From assembly GCF_030013205.1 (NCBI RefSeq), contig NZ_CP122648.1: a stretch of DNA of 64,000 bases; one strand, 5' to 3'. The position numbers and the translations under genes are program-made. Below are positions 10,149 to 23,118 of the stretch, one piece after another (position 1 is the first letter of the stretch; every line of letters starts with the position of its first letter). This stretch comes from Escherichia coli. Its GTDB lineage: Bacteria > Pseudomonadota > Gammaproteobacteria > Enterobacterales > Enterobacteriaceae. Below the pieces are notes generated by a model. It ran no database searches. It saw only the letters and a program-made list of their open reading frames with translations, and had not been told where the DNA came from.

Positions 10149-12326
10149 ATGCTGCGATGGAAACGCTGTATTATGCTAACATTTATCTCTGGTGCTGCTT
10201 TCGCGGCACCAGAGATAAATGTTAAGCAAAACGAATCGTTACCTGATTTAGGTAGCCAGGCAGCACAGCAGGATGAACAAACCAACAAGGGTAAATCGCT
10301 GAAAGAGCGCGGAGCCGATTACGTCATCAACTCCGCCACGCAAGGGTTTGAAAACTTGACCCCTGAGGCGCTGGAATCTCAGGCCAGAAGCTATCTGCAA
10401 AGTCAAATCACCTCAACCGCACAATCTTATATTGAAGACACACTCTCTCCCTACGGTAAGGTCCGTTCGAACCTCTCCATTGGCCAGGACGGCGATCTGG
10501 ATGGTAGTTCCATCGATTATTTTGTTCCCTGGTACGATAATCAAACCACTGTTTATTTCAGTCAATTTTCTGCGCAACGAAAAGAAGATCGTACAATCGG
10601 GAATATTGGTCTTGGGGTAAGACATAATTTTGATGAATGGTTATTGGGCGGAAATATATTTTATGATTATGATTTTACCCGAGGACATCGCCGTTTAGGT
10701 TTAGGCGGCGAAGCGTGGACTGATTATTTAAAATTCTCTGGCAACTATTATCATCCGCTTTCTGACTGGAAAGACTCTGAAGATTTCGACTTTTATGAAG
10801 AACGCCCTGCGCGCGGCTGGGATATTCGTGCCGAAGCCTGGTTACCTTCTTATCCGCAACTGGGGGGCAAAGTTGTCTTCGAGCAATATTACGGCGATGA
10901 AGTCGCCCTTTTTGGTACGGATAATTTGGAGAAAGATCCCTACGCGGTAACACTTGGACTGAATTATCAACCGGTGCCATTACTAACCGTTGGGGCGGAC
11001 TATAAAGCGGGGACCGGAGATAACAGCGATGTCAGCATTAATGCCACTCTTAATTATCAGTTCGGCGTTCCGCTAAAAGATCAATTGGATAGCGATAAAG
11101 TGAAAGCGGCTCACTCGTTGATGGGCAGTCGTCATGATTTTGTTGAGCGTAATAACTTTATTGTTCTGGAATACAAAGAAAAAGATCCGCTTGATGTCAC
11201 CCTGTGGTTAAAAGCGGATGCCACCAACGAGCACCCTGAGTGCGTCATTAAGGACACTCCCGAAGCGGCCGTCGGGCTGGAAAAATGTAAGTGGACCATT
11301 AACGCGCTTATCAACCACCACTACAAAATTGTCGCTGCGTTATGGCAGGCGAAAAACAATGCTGCCCGCACGTTGGTTATGCCGGTTATCAAAGAGAATA
11401 CCCTGACAGAGGGTAACAATAACCACTGGAACCTGGTGCTGCCCGCCTGGCAGTACAGCTCTGACAAAGCCGAACAAGAAAAACTCAATACCTGGCGAGT
11501 ACGTCTGGCACTGGAAGATGAAAAGGGCAACCGACAGAACTCTGGCGTGGTGGAAATCACCGTTCAGCAGGACCGTAAAATAGAGTTGATTGTTAATAAC
11601 ATCGCGAACGTGCCGGAAGAGAACAACCACAGCCACGAAGCCAGCGCTCAGGCAGATGGCGTTGATGGTGTGGTGATGGATCTCGATGTAACCGACAGCT
11701 TTGGCGATAACACCGACCGCAATGGCGATGCGCTGCCGGAAGATAACCTCACGCCGCAGCTTTACGACGCGCAGGACAAACGAGTGACGTTAACCAACAA
11801 GCCTTGCTCGACCGACAACCCCTGCGTTTTTATCGCTAAACAAGATAAAGAAAAGGGCACTGTCACCCTCTCCAGTACCTTACCCGGCACCTATCGCTGG
11901 AAAGCAAAAGCTGCGCCCTACGACGACAGTAACTATGTGGATGTCACTTTCCTCGGGGCAGAAATTGGTGGGCTAAATGCATTTATCTATCGTGTGGGGG
12001 CGGCTAAACCCAGCAACCTGATAGGTAAAGATAAAGAACCGCTGCCGCTCAACAACACTTATCGATTTGTTTTGTGGCGTGACAGCAATAAAGACGGTGT
12101 CTTCCAGCAGGTCGAAAAACTGACTGACGAAGAGATGGCGCAGTACGACTACAAGTGGGAATTTACCGGCAAGAGCATCAATGGTGAAGTGGGTGCACAG
12201 GCGAACACTTCCAATGAGGACATTGTGATTCCGGCCACTAACCGCGAAGCAGCGCAAACCTATGGCGCACAAGCGGGAGATGGCTTGCAGGGATACGGTT
12301 TACGCGTGCTGTATACCAAAAAATAA
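10149..12326 (+). CDS. sinH: intimin/invasin-like inverse autotransporter (SinH-like)
   Basis: Start chosen at ATG 10149 (signal peptide MLRWKRCIMLTFISGAAFA). The N-terminal beta-barrel region (YFVPWYDN..., GLGVRHNF, GLNYQPVP) is typical of intimin/invasin, followed by Ig-like passenger domains. Position yfgJ-sinH-sinI-ratA-xseA matches my recollection of the Salmonella CS54 island. An AT-rich upstream region spans 9940-10148. Confidence 0.8.
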   Translation: MLRWKRCIMLTFISGAAFAAPEINVKQNESLPDLGSQAAQQDEQTNKGKSLKERGADYVINSATQGFENLTPEALESQARSYLQSQITSTAQSYIEDTLSPYGKVRSNLSIGQDGDLDGSSIDYFVPWYDNQTTVYFSQFSAQRKEDRTIGNIGLGVRHNFDEWLLGGNIFYDYDFTRGHRRLGLGGEAWTDYLKFSGNYYHPLSDWKDSEDFDFYEERPARGWDIRAEAWLPSYPQLGGKVVFEQYYGDEVALFGTDNLEKDPYAVTLGLNYQPVPLLTVGADYKAGTGDNSDVSINATLNYQFGVPLKDQLDSDKVKAAHSLMGSRHDFVERNNFIVLEYKEKDPLDVTLWLKADATNEHPECVIKDTPEAAVGLEKCKWTINALINHHYKIVAALWQAKNNAARTLVMPVIKENTLTEGNNNHWNLVLPAWQYSSDKAEQEKLNTWRVRLALEDEKGNRQNSGVVEITVQQDRKIELIVNNIANVPEENNHSHEASAQADGVDGVVMDLDVTDSFGDNTDRNGDALPEDNLTPQLYDAQDKRVTLTNKPCSTDNPCVFIAKQDKEKGTVTLSSTLPGTYRWKAKAAPYDDSNYVDVTFLGAEIGGLNAFIYRVGAAKPSNLIGKDKEPLPLNNTYRFVLWRDSNKDGVFQQVEKLTDEEMAQYDYKWEFTGKSINGEVGAQANTSNEDIVIPATNREAAQTYGAQAGDGLQGYGLRVLYTKK

Positions 12327-12380
12327 GATTGGCGTAAGGCCAGTCGGCCAGTCGCTGAAGGTTCATTAAGGAGAGCATCA

Positions 12381-13358
12381 ATGAAGCAGGATAAAAGACG
12401 CGGTCTGACCCGGATCGCATTGGCGCTGGCACTGGCAGGTTATTGTGTGGCACCTGTGGCACTGGCGGAAGAAAGCGCCTGGGTCGACAGCGGCGAAACC
12501 AATATTTTCCAGGGAACCATTCCGTGGCTCTATTCGGAAGGGGGAAGCGCTACGACAGATGCCGACCATGTAACGTTGACTTCTGATCTAAAAGGCGCTC
12601 GCCCGACAGGTAGTGAAACGGACAAGCGTCTTTACTCGGGTGATAAATTAACCGTAAGTTGGGAAATTGGTGATACCGAAGGCGACGTGGATCTTGGGGG
12701 ATTGGGCGATAACGCAAAGACTATCGATACTATCCGCTGGATGAGCTACAAGGACGCTCAGGGTAACGATCCAAAAGAGCTGGTAACGAAGGTGACCAGT
12801 TACACCCTTACCGATGCCGACCGTGGTCGTTATATCGGTATTGAAATTACGCCAACCACGCAGACCGGTACGCCAAACGTCGGGAATGCGCTGCATCTTT
12901 ATGACATTTCCACTGCCAGCGGCGGCGGAAGCGACAGCGACAACGTTGCGCCAGGGCCGGTGGTTAACCAGAACCTGAAAGTCGCCATCTTTGTTGATGG
13001 TACCAGTATCAACCTTATCAACGGCAGCACGCCAATCGAACTTGGCAAAACCTACGTGGCCAAACTGTACTCGGATGAGAACAAAAACGGCAAGTTTGAT
13101 GCGGGTACCGATGCTGACGTTACCGCCAATTATGACTTCCGTTGGGTACTTTCTGGCAGCAGCCAGCAGCTCGGCACCTCGGGTGGTATCGTTAACTCAA
13201 GCTTCGATAATAACAATCTGGTCATCCCTGCGACCAACGAAGACGCCAGAACCAACCTTAACGGCCCTGCGCGCGATGGTAAAGAAGCTCTTACCATCCC
13301 GACCAACGGCGACGGGGTACAGGGGTACAAACTTCACATTATTTACAAACACAAATAA
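12381..13358 (+). CDS. sinI: SinI-like secreted protein
   Basis: 325 aa with signal peptide ...VAPVALA. The C-terminal ~90 aa are paralogous to the SinH C-terminus (...IPATNxxA...GDGxQGYxLxxxYxxK). Confidence 0.7.
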   Translation: MKQDKRRGLTRIALALALAGYCVAPVALAEESAWVDSGETNIFQGTIPWLYSEGGSATTDADHVTLTSDLKGARPTGSETDKRLYSGDKLTVSWEIGDTEGDVDLGGLGDNAKTIDTIRWMSYKDAQGNDPKELVTKVTSYTLTDADRGRYIGIEITPTTQTGTPNVGNALHLYDISTASGGGSDSDNVAPGPVVNQNLKVAIFVDGTSINLINGSTPIELGKTYVAKLYSDENKNGKFDAGTDADVTANYDFRWVLSGSSQQLGTSGGIVNSSFDNNNLVIPATNEDARTNLNGPARDGKEALTIPTNGDGVQGYKLHIIYKHK

Positions 13359-13369
13359 CGCGTACTCAG

Positions 13370-13398
13370 CAGCATTCCCGCAAGGGAATGCTGTTTCC
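13370..13398 (+). terminator. intrinsic terminator downstream of sinI
   Basis: Stem CAGCATTCCC-GCAA-GGGAATGCTG followed by TTTCC. Confidence 0.65.
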
Positions 13399-13399
13399 G

Positions 13400-13434
13400 C
13401 ATATTTTGCTTAATCCCGGATTAAGCAAAATATG
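13400..13434. repeat. 35-bp perfect palindrome between sinI and ratA
   Basis: CATATTTTGCTTAATCC-C-GGATTAAGCAAAATATG, with 17-nt arms that are exact reverse complements. Confidence 0.9.
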
Positions 13435-13478
13435 TTGATGCGACAAGCGTCCGTTTAACAACCGGTGGAGTTTCTGTC

Positions 13479-16400
13479 ATGTCCCTGACCCTGAATAAAA
13501 TCCTTGTGTTATGCGCATTGCTGATAAGCGCAATGCTGCCTGGGTGGTCATGGGCAGAATCTGCATGGCAAGACTCTTCAGATACGGTCGGCGAATTTAA
13601 CGGTACCGTGCCCACCGCCGACAGTGCCAGCATACCCGTCTACCAGGGCAGTGTCTTTCTGGATCCTGCAAAGACGCATGAGGTAGCGTTTACCGCTAAA
13701 CCGAGTGAATTCAGCGCGGATATTAGCGTCTCTAAATTGCTCGTCACCAATCCGCAAGACAGAGAAGGCGATATCATTTCCACCCCACGTTGGGAAAACC
13801 AAACGCCACCGACAGTATCTTTAGTTTGGGCGGATGCCGCGACGCCGGACACCTTACTGGACCCACAGCCAGTCGCAGATCGCTCGTTTTGCGCTCAGGG
13901 ACTTGCCGGGCGTTCGCTGGTCGCCTGGGCGCAGCCTGATCCCCAACAGACCATGCCGCTGTTATATTTACTCACCTCGACGGGCTATCCCTATGAAAGT
14001 GTTCTGACGCTCGCCGATCAGAAAGTGACGCTGAAGATTGCGCCCGCGCAGGGTGACCTTATTTCCGTCAGCGCCGCGGGCTATGACGAATCCTCCGGTG
14101 CGGCGAAAACGACGGTTGGCGGCAGTATCACGTTAACGGTCACCACCAAAGATTGCGTCGGTAATGTTGTGGGGAATATTCCTTTTGTTATCAAACGCAA
14201 AGATGCTGAAAACCGCCAGGGTGTGGTGAACAATACTGCGCCGGTAAAACTGGGCACGACCGAATTAACCACCACCGCGACGGAATATCGTGGTACTACC
14301 GATGCGAATGGTGTTGCCACGGTTACGGTCACCCAGGCCAACGGCCCTGGTGTAAAAACGCCGTTGGTCGCGAGCCTTGCGGGTATTGCTCAGGCCAGTG
14401 AAACGGCAGTGATCTTTACCGTCCTCACCAGCCCGGATGTCCCGCAGGCTACAATGTGGGGTCATATGCCCGATACGCTGAAGGCCCGTGATTACACTTT
14501 TAGTCGACCAAAACTGGCGGCGGAAGTCGATAATGAAGACGGTACGGTTAACGATCACAATGAAACCTGGTCCACCTTTACCTGGAGCGGCGCGGATAAA
14601 CATTGCGACATTTTGCCCGGAATGCGTCAGTTCGGTGCGCTGGCGACGGTGGTGCCAACGTCAGTGCAGGATGTGGCTGGTTGGCCGATGCAGGGTAATT
14701 TCTACTGGTCATCACTGGCGGGGATGAGTGGCCAGCACCATGCGGCGGATGTTTCGAACCGCAGCGAAGCGCAAAAACCGGACGATACGACGTTTATTGT
14801 GAGCTGTGTCGATAAAGAAGCGCCCGATGTTGAACCGAAGCTGGTACTGACGCCGGGCAGTTATGATTCGACGATAAAAGCGATGAAAGTAAAGGTGGGG
14901 GAAGAGGCTTCTTTACGCCTGACGATTACCGATAGCAAGAACAACGATCAGCCGCTGGCGTACTACTACTTTTCGCTGCATCTGGATGACGGCGTTAACC
15001 GTAAGAATCAAACTGACACCGCGTGGCAGGCGAATCCGGTACAAATAGCGGGCGGCAGTAATGTCCATCAGGTTGACGCGCATACCTATGAAGGGATCAC
15101 TGATGCTAACGGAGAGGCCTCTCTGACGCTGACCCAGCCAGGCGGTGTGGGGGTGAAAACTCACATCACCGCGAGAATGCGCAGCGATTTTACCGCCTCG
15201 GATGAGAAAGACGTTATTTTTACGGTGATCACCAGCCCTGATTCCGACAAAGCGCGGATGTGGGGACATATGTTGGGCATTATTGAAGCGAATAATATCT
15301 TTAAACGCCCACGGCTGGCGGATGAAACCGACAACGAACTGGGTGCAGTGCGGGAAAATAACGAAGACTGGGCGCTGTTTGATCAGAATAGCAGTATGCA
15401 GGCTGAGTGTGGTTTAGGTCATATTCCGAGCCAAAGCTCATTGCACAGTTTGTTTGCCGCACATCCAGCCAATGTCATCGGCACCGAATATGGCTGGCCA
15501 ACGTTGCAAAAAGCGTATCTTAGTGCGGTGGAAGAGACGTCGCACGCGTCGGTGAACCTGGCCACGGGCAACATCGACACCTATTCCGGCTTTAAGCAAA
15601 ACTACCTTTCTTGTTCGGGCAATGAGATGGTCGCCCAGATTGCTGCGACCACCGATCATGATGTTTCCACAAGCAGCAGAGCGCAGGCTAAAGTGGGTGA
15701 AACGATTACCATGACGGTACGCACCTTTAATGCCTTGAATAATGCGCCCGTGCCGTATACCGCGTTCACCATCACTAAAGATATGGGGAAAAATCGTCAG
15801 GGGCAGAGCACGGGTTTCGATGATCCAACCCGCGGCGCAATCGAGATGAATGGCACGCTCTACGGAACATCGCAACCGTCTTTAGTCTATGCAGGTACTA
15901 CGGATGCGCAGGGTTTTGCTACTGTGGAAATTAAGCAACCGCAAGGTGTGGGCTTAGCGACGCCGCTGAATATTGCGCCTGTAAACTCCTATATTCCCAA
16001 TACTGTTAATTACAATGTGATTTTCACTACGCTCACCAGTCCGGATGCGGTTGGCGCGCAGATGTGGGGGCATATGGATGAGACGATTACCGTCGATGCA
16101 TTAACCTTTGCCCGACCCCGGCTGGCTGCGGAAGTGTCCAGCCCGGACGGCACATTAACGGAAAATAACGAAGTGTGGTCGCGCGTTAGCCAGGCCAACA
16201 CTTCCAGCACCAGTAAAGGTGGCTGTGGTGCCAATATGCTCCCACGCCGTTCCCAGCTTAACGCGCTCTATGATGCTAACAGCGGTAACGCCGTTCAAAC
16301 GGTACACGGTTGGCCAACGCAGCGTCAGCCCTACTGGAGCAGTTCGCCCGCGGATCAGGTGCCGCATTACTACACCATAGCCCTCAACGATGGCGCGCGG

Positions 16401-19400
16401 ACCGTTGGCGGTAGCACGGCGGTTTATGTCAGTTGCCTGACGACGGCTAACAATCCTGCCAGCAGCATTACGCTGGAAGTGGTGGACCCGGCGCAGTGGA
16501 ACGCGGCAGCAAATGCGGCGAAGCTGAAAAAAGGCGAAACGCTACAGGTGAAGGTGACGGTAAAAGATGCTCAGGGCAATCCATTGGGTGATATGCCTTT
16601 TACGCTGAAGCGTGGCGATGGTTATACCCGATCAAACGAAAAACACATTGCCGGTAGCGGTGATGCGCTGGTTGCGCCGGTTGTGATCAATAGTGGCCTG
16701 GCGGATGAAACTTCGCTCAATGATACCGCCGCAGCATACAGCGCGATGACCGGTAGCGATGGCACTAAAATTCTCACTATTACCCGCCCGGATACCCATG
16801 GCACAAAAACGTCGCTGACCGCCGCGCTCTATTCAGACACAACGAAAAAAGCGACCCTCGATACCATTTTTACCGTTGTCACCAGCCCAGACAGCAATAA
16901 AGCGAAAATGTGGGGGCATATGCCGGAAACGGTGACGGCTGCGGATGGAACGGTCTTTAAACGCCCATTATTGTTGAAAGAGTTATCCAGTACGTCGGGT
17001 CGAACAGCGATTGCAGAAGATAATGAGGACTGGGCGCAATTTACCCAAACTCAGGCGACAAGCACATCCTCTAATGGTTGTGGTAGTGAATATGTTCCCT
17101 CTCAGGCCGGGCTGGAGTCATTGTATGAAGCCAACCGCGGCAATGCGATGAAAACGGTTCAGGGCTGGCCCGTCGCCTCAAGTTACCTTACCAGCACGAC
17201 AGGCAGCAGTAGTCTGGAACAGCGTGACTTAAAGGCCGTCAATCTCAGTTCAGGCACCAGTTCGATAATTCCATCGGCCACAAAAGAACTGCTTACCTGC
17301 CAGACGACGCCGATCGTCAAGGCTAGCCAAATCGTTCTTGAGGCTGCGGACCCCACAAAATTTGACAGTACGAATAATGTTGTCAAAGCGAAAAAAGGGG
17401 AAGAAGTCGTGGTTCGCGTGACCACTAAAGATTCGCAGGGTAACCCGGTGGGAAATACCGCGTTTACGCTTAAACGTAACCTTAGCGTCAATCGGGCAAA
17501 TGCGTCTACAACGGTGACAGCAGGCGCGCTCATCGTGACGGATGCCTGGGGTAACACGCAGAGTAATTTTTCCTCAACAACAGCACTGATTTATGGCGTT
17601 ACCGGCGCAGATGGTACGACAACACTTGCACTGAAACAGGACAATACCACGGGTTTAAAAACCGAACTGACCGCCATGCTGGATACAGATAATAACGTAA
17701 AATCAATGCTTCCGGTGGTCTTTACGGTGATAACCAGCCCCGATACCCCTAAAGCAAAATTCTGGGGGCATATGGCCGAAACGATGACCGGTGCAGGCGG
17801 GCTTATTTATAAAAGACCGTTATTGCAAGATGAGCTTTCCGTTACAACCAGTCGAAGCTCTTTTCAGGAAGATGGAGAGAGCTGGTCACTGTTCTCGCCG
17901 GACCAGTCGAACAACACATCTGTAAATGGTTGCGGTGCAGGATATGTCCCGATTGAAAGTGAGCTGGAGTCACTGTATGCCGATGAAGGTTACGTGCCAA
18001 TACATGACGTTACGGGATGGCCTGTATCACGCGCCTATATCTCCAGTACGGTTGTTGCCTATTACACTCAAACATTTAATTTTAAAGCGGTTTCGTTAAA
18101 AACGGGTGATGGAACGGAGGTCATGTCAAGCAGTCTAGGACTGCTAAGTTGTCGGGCTACCCCAGTGGCGGTGACCAGCCACATTATTGTTGAAGCGAAC
18201 GATGCGACACAATTTGTCAAAGTTGACGAAACCCTCAGCGCACTAAAACGGAAAAAAGGTGACGACGCGGTGATTCGCGTGGTGACAAAAGATGCGCAGG
18301 GAAATGTCGTACCAAATGTTCCGTTTATTCTCAAACGTGAAGGATCGACAAATCGCCAGAATGTACAGTTGTCGAACAGAACTATCACTGTAATCAACGC
18401 TGCGGGAACGTCGGCAAGAGTGGATACTCCATCAATCTCCCTTTATGCGGTGACAGGTGCAGACGGGACAGCCACGTTTACGGTAAAGCAGGATGATTCT
18501 ATAGGCCTGGTAACCAATGTGTACGCTCAGGCCTATCAGTCGAGCCTGGAATCCAACAAATTACCCGTGATGTTTACCGTGATAACCAGCCCGGATACCC
18601 CCCTGGCAAGTTACTGGGGGCATATGGCGGAAACGTTCACTACGCGTTCTGGTACTGCCTTCAAACGCCCCTTACTCTCTGCTGAAAGATCGTCGGGCCA
18701 GTCGTTTATAGAAGACAATGAAGAGTGGGCCGTGTTGAGATCGGCAACAAAGGGGGATATCGATAAAAGCGGGTGCGATGTACATTATCAACCACTGTTA
18801 AGCGAACTACAGGCATTGTACGACGAACACCCAAGTCGTGCGATAAAGACCGATCTGGGTATTCCGGTAAATAGCTACTGGTGGGCTTACGACATGGTGG
18901 CATATGCGGGTAACTGGTACGATCAATATATTTATCTGTTAAATGGATCAAGTGGAAGAGCGTCTTCAACCACCTCGGCATTAATGCTGTGCCTGGTAAA
19001 CCCTCATCCAGAGGCGGCTTCTATTGAAATGACCTCAACGGCGGAGGATGCAACGAAAACGGCCAGCAATGATGGCAGGCCCAGCGCAACAGCGAAGAAG
19101 GGAGAGGTTATCCCGATGACTGTTACGGTGCGAGATAGCGCAGGCAATCCACTGCCAGGTGCCAGCTTTAACCTTAAACGAGGAACTGCGCTGAACCGCG
19201 CTAAAGCTGCGTACGATGCCTCTGCAGATGATCTTACCATCATACCTGTGGAACCTACTGGGGTAACGTCAATCTTGTATGGGGATGGGACGCAGGCTCT
19301 TCTGAAGACAGGGAGCGATGGTAAAGCTACGTTTGAGGTCAGCCAGAATAGCAGTTATGGGCTGTCAACGCCGCTCAGCGCAGAACTCATGCGCGATACC

Positions 19401-21521
19401 TCGAAAAGCGTCACGCTGGATGTCATTTTCACGGTGATAACCAGCCCGGATTCGCCAAAAGCGAAATACTGGGGCCATATGCCGGAAACGTTTACCAGTT
19501 CGGCAGGCGTGACCTTCAAGCGCCCATTACTGGCAGCGGAAGCGACTACGGGGAGCTCGGTAAACGGTAATAATGAGACATGGTCATATATATATAGTAC
19601 TCAAAAAGCGACGGCAGATTGTTCGCTGGAATATCAACCGCGCCTCAGCGAATTGCAGGGGTTATATGACGATCACCCAAACGGGGCGTTAACGAAAGAT
19701 CTGGGGTTGCCGATAGCGTCAGGAAACTGGTGGATTTATGAATTGCTTAACTCCAATGGTAGCTCCTGGTATTATCAGGTCTTTAACCTAAGTACGGGAC
19801 GAGTATCATCCGCACTCTCTCCGGTTGCTCTAATGCTCTGCCTGGCACAGCCTCACTCTAAGCCGTCAAGCGTTACCCTGACTTCAATAGCATTTGATGA
19901 GACGAGAACCGCAAGTAACGGCGGCACACCTTCGGCATCGGCGAAAAAGGGCGAGACAATCCCGTTAGTCGTGACAGTAAAAGACCAAAATGGCAACCTG
20001 GTGAGTGGTGAGGGCGTGACGCTTCAGCGGGCGCAGGCGAAAAGTCGTTCAGGAATTAGGCCCTCATCGTTGGCAGATGATCTTATTGTAGATGTTGTCA
20101 CACCGACAGCAACCCGTATTTCTTTTGCTCAGGATACGGCAAAATGGCTTGGTTTTACCGGCAGTGATGGCACAGTGACGTTCAATGTTACGCAAAACGC
20201 CACCACCGGCCTGGCAACGCCGTTTACGGTCTCGCTTGCACAAGATCCGCAGATCACGTCAAACTTGGACCTGATATTTACCGTGGTCACCAGCCCTGAC
20301 GCCCAGGATGCCGACTACTGGGGTCATATGCCAGAAACGGTGACAGCGGCAAATGGAACCGTCTTTGAACGACCGAAATTGTGGAAGGAGCTGCCATCGA
20401 CCTCCGGGGTAAATAAAACCAATAACAATAATGAGGACTGGCCCTATTTTTCGTCAACCACTAAAGCAAATGCCAGCCTCAGCCCTTGTGAGGAAGCCCG
20501 GCAACCGTTGCTCAGCGATATGAAGTCACTGTATCAACGTTATCCCAATAACACCCTTACGACGGAAACTGGCTGGTCAGTTTATTATTACTGGTGGGCG
20601 CAGGATAAGACTACAGATGGTAAAAATCAGTCGCTCAATATGAAAGATGGCACAACGACATTGAATGGTAATGCCGCTTATCAGGCGTGTCTGGTGTCTG
20701 CGCGCGCGACGGTTTCCAGCGTCACACTGACCTCAACAGCGTTTGATGCTGACAGCCAGGCGGCGAAAGTGAAAAAAGGCGAAGCCATGCCCGTTACCGT
20801 GACGGTGAAAGACAGCGCCGGGAATACGGTACCGAATGTGGAATTTACTTTGAAACGTGGCGATGCATCGCCGCGTAACGCTGGGGCGACGTTGTATGGT
20901 GATGTGGTGGCGATGGACGATCTCATCGTTCAGCCGTTATCTGGTTCGGCTGTTACGCTGAGTGAAAGCGGTAATACCATTAGTGGCATGACAGGCGCGG
21001 ATGGGACGGCAAGTTTTACGCTCCGCCAGGATAATACCCCTGGTTATAAAACGCCACTGACGGTTACTCTGGCTAATTACGCTTCCGCGACAGACACGCT
21101 GGACGCTATTTTTACGGTACCAACCAGCCCGAATGTTTCCTCGGCGCACTTTTGGGGACATATGGCAGACACTGTAGTGGTGAATGGTAAATCGCTACAT
21201 CGACCGTTGTTAACGACAGAATTGCCGTCCGGGGCTAATCCCGTATCCTCACCGATTATTAACTACGAAAACTGGGCTTCTGCACATATCATTGATGCCA
21301 GTAAATGGGATATTGCAAGGCAGTGTGGCAGCATAGAAAATGCACCGACATACAATGAATTAGAGTTGTTGCACACTGTTTTTAATTCACTGGGATGGCC
21401 GTCTTCACCAAGTTTTCCTTATTTGTCCTCTCAACAGTGTGGGATGGACGAAGGCACTGGAGCACAGGATTGTAGTATCACGCTAATGAATAAACCGGGT
21501 CTGGTGACCTGCTTCCAGTAA
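13479..21521 (+). CDS. ratA: RatA/RatB-like giant repetitive surface protein (Ig-like + lectin-like modules)
   Basis: 2680 aa with signal peptide ...GWSWA. Nine tandem modules each contain a conserved block (I/V)FTV(I/V)TSPDxxxAxxWGHMxET...RP(L/R)L...(N/E)(E/D)W...C(G)...GWP...YW(S/A). The position after sinI matches the CS54-type island. Confidence 0.75.
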   Translation: MSLTLNKILVLCALLISAMLPGWSWAESAWQDSSDTVGEFNGTVPTADSASIPVYQGSVFLDPAKTHEVAFTAKPSEFSADISVSKLLVTNPQDREGDIISTPRWENQTPPTVSLVWADAATPDTLLDPQPVADRSFCAQGLAGRSLVAWAQPDPQQTMPLLYLLTSTGYPYESVLTLADQKVTLKIAPAQGDLISVSAAGYDESSGAAKTTVGGSITLTVTTKDCVGNVVGNIPFVIKRKDAENRQGVVNNTAPVKLGTTELTTTATEYRGTTDANGVATVTVTQANGPGVKTPLVASLAGIAQASETAVIFTVLTSPDVPQATMWGHMPDTLKARDYTFSRPKLAAEVDNEDGTVNDHNETWSTFTWSGADKHCDILPGMRQFGALATVVPTSVQDVAGWPMQGNFYWSSLAGMSGQHHAADVSNRSEAQKPDDTTFIVSCVDKEAPDVEPKLVLTPGSYDSTIKAMKVKVGEEASLRLTITDSKNNDQPLAYYYFSLHLDDGVNRKNQTDTAWQANPVQIAGGSNVHQVDAHTYEGITDANGEASLTLTQPGGVGVKTHITARMRSDFTASDEKDVIFTVITSPDSDKARMWGHMLGIIEANNIFKRPRLADETDNELGAVRENNEDWALFDQNSSMQAECGLGHIPSQSSLHSLFAAHPANVIGTEYGWPTLQKAYLSAVEETSHASVNLATGNIDTYSGFKQNYLSCSGNEMVAQIAATTDHDVSTSSRAQAKVGETITMTVRTFNALNNAPVPYTAFTITKDMGKNRQGQSTGFDDPTRGAIEMNGTLYGTSQPSLVYAGTTDAQGFATVEIKQPQGVGLATPLNIAPVNSYIPNTVNYNVIFTTLTSPDAVGAQMWGHMDETITVDALTFARPRLAAEVSSPDGTLTENNEVWSRVSQANTSSTSKGGCGANMLPRRSQLNALYDANSGNAVQTVHGWPTQRQPYWSSSPADQVPHYYTIALNDGARTVGGSTAVYVSCLTTANNPASSITLEVVDPAQWNAAANAAKLKKGETLQVKVTVKDAQGNPLGDMPFTLKRGDGYTRSNEKHIAGSGDALVAPVVINSGLADETSLNDTAAAYSAMTGSDGTKILTITRPDTHGTKTSLTAALYSDTTKKATLDTIFTVVTSPDSNKAKMWGHMPETVTAADGTVFKRPLLLKELSSTSGRTAIAEDNEDWAQFTQTQATSTSSNGCGSEYVPSQAGLESLYEANRGNAMKTVQGWPVASSYLTSTTGSSSLEQRDLKAVNLSSGTSSIIPSATKELLTCQTTPIVKASQIVLEAADPTKFDSTNNVVKAKKGEEVVVRVTTKDSQGNPVGNTAFTLKRNLSVNRANASTTVTAGALIVTDAWGNTQSNFSSTTALIYGVTGADGTTTLALKQDNTTGLKTELTAMLDTDNNVKSMLPVVFTVITSPDTPKAKFWGHMAETMTGAGGLIYKRPLLQDELSVTTSRSSFQEDGESWSLFSPDQSNNTSVNGCGAGYVPIESELESLYADEGYVPIHDVTGWPVSRAYISSTVVAYYTQTFNFKAVSLKTGDGTEVMSSSLGLLSCRATPVAVTSHIIVEANDATQFVKVDETLSALKRKKGDDAVIRVVTKDAQGNVVPNVPFILKREGSTNRQNVQLSNRTITVINAAGTSARVDTPSISLYAVTGADGTATFTVKQDDSIGLVTNVYAQAYQSSLESNKLPVMFTVITSPDTPLASYWGHMAETFTTRSGTAFKRPLLSAERSSGQSFIEDNEEWAVLRSATKGDIDKSGCDVHYQPLLSELQALYDEHPSRAIKTDLGIPVNSYWWAYDMVAYAGNWYDQYIYLLNGSSGRASSTTSALMLCLVNPHPEAASIEMTSTAEDATKTASNDGRPSATAKKGEVIPMTVTVRDSAGNPLPGASFNLKRGTALNRAKAAYDASADDLTIIPVEPTGVTSILYGDGTQALLKTGSDGKATFEVSQNSSYGLSTPLSAELMRDTSKSVTLDVIFTVITSPDSPKAKYWGHMPETFTSSAGVTFKRPLLAAEATTGSSVNGNNETWSYIYSTQKATADCSLEYQPRLSELQGLYDDHPNGALTKDLGLPIASGNWWIYELLNSNGSSWYYQVFNLSTGRVSSALSPVALMLCLAQPHSKPSSVTLTSIAFDETRTASNGGTPSASAKKGETIPLVVTVKDQNGNLVSGEGVTLQRAQAKSRSGIRPSSLADDLIVDVVTPTATRISFAQDTAKWLGFTGSDGTVTFNVTQNATTGLATPFTVSLAQDPQITSNLDLIFTVVTSPDAQDADYWGHMPETVTAANGTVFERPKLWKELPSTSGVNKTNNNNEDWPYFSSTTKANASLSPCEEARQPLLSDMKSLYQRYPNNTLTTETGWSVYYYWWAQDKTTDGKNQSLNMKDGTTTLNGNAAYQACLVSARATVSSVTLTSTAFDADSQAAKVKKGEAMPVTVTVKDSAGNTVPNVEFTLKRGDASPRNAGATLYGDVVAMDDLIVQPLSGSAVTLSESGNTISGMTGADGTASFTLRQDNTPGYKTPLTVTLANYASATDTLDAIFTVPTSPNVSSAHFWGHMADTVVVNGKSLHRPLLTTELPSGANPVSSPIINYENWASAHIIDASKWDIARQCGSIENAPTYNELELLHTVFNSLGWPSSPSFPYLSSQQCGMDEGTGAQDCSITLMNKPGLVTCFQ
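14410..21150 (+). repeat. nine in-frame tandem modules (~0.80-0.85 kb period) inside ratA
   Basis: The FTVxTSPD motif recurs near 14415, 15215, 16020, 16866, 17720, 18572, 19425, 20275 and 21110. Confidence 0.85.
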
Positions 21522-21580
21522 CCAGCATGGCGCATCTGGCGTGGCCTGGGAGCCAGTGCCGGATGCGATGCTGGCGCATC

Positions 21581-22987
<1,407 letters not shown>

Positions 22988-23019
22988 TTATTCAGTCGAT
23001 AGTAACCCGCCCTCCGGGG

Positions 23020-23082
23020 ATAGCAAGCATTTTTTGCAAAAAGGGGTAGATGCAATCGGTTACGCTCTGTATAATGCCGCGG
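23020..23082 (+). promoter_or_regulatory. guaBA promoter region
   Basis: Perfect -10 TATAAT at 23070-23075, followed by the GC-rich discriminator GCCGCGG. An A/T-rich UP-like tract (GCATTTTTTGCAAAAAGG) lies upstream, about 45 nt before the guaB ATG. Confidence 0.6.
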
Positions 23083-23118
23083 CAATATTTATTAACCACT
23101 CTGGTCGAGATATTGCCC

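Noticed and set aside
13479-21521. RatA internal repeats as a possible assembly artefact or collapsed or expanded repeat.
   Set aside because: The nine modules are clearly diverged at both DNA and protein level, and the ORF stays open for 8 kb. Module number should still be confirmed with long reads.
21527-21580. REP-like palindrome (GCCGGATGCG-ATGCTGG-CGCATC) between the convergent ratA and xseA genes.
   Set aside because: It only partially resembles the REP consensus as I remember it, and I cannot score it without a model. It may simply be a terminator-like hairpin.
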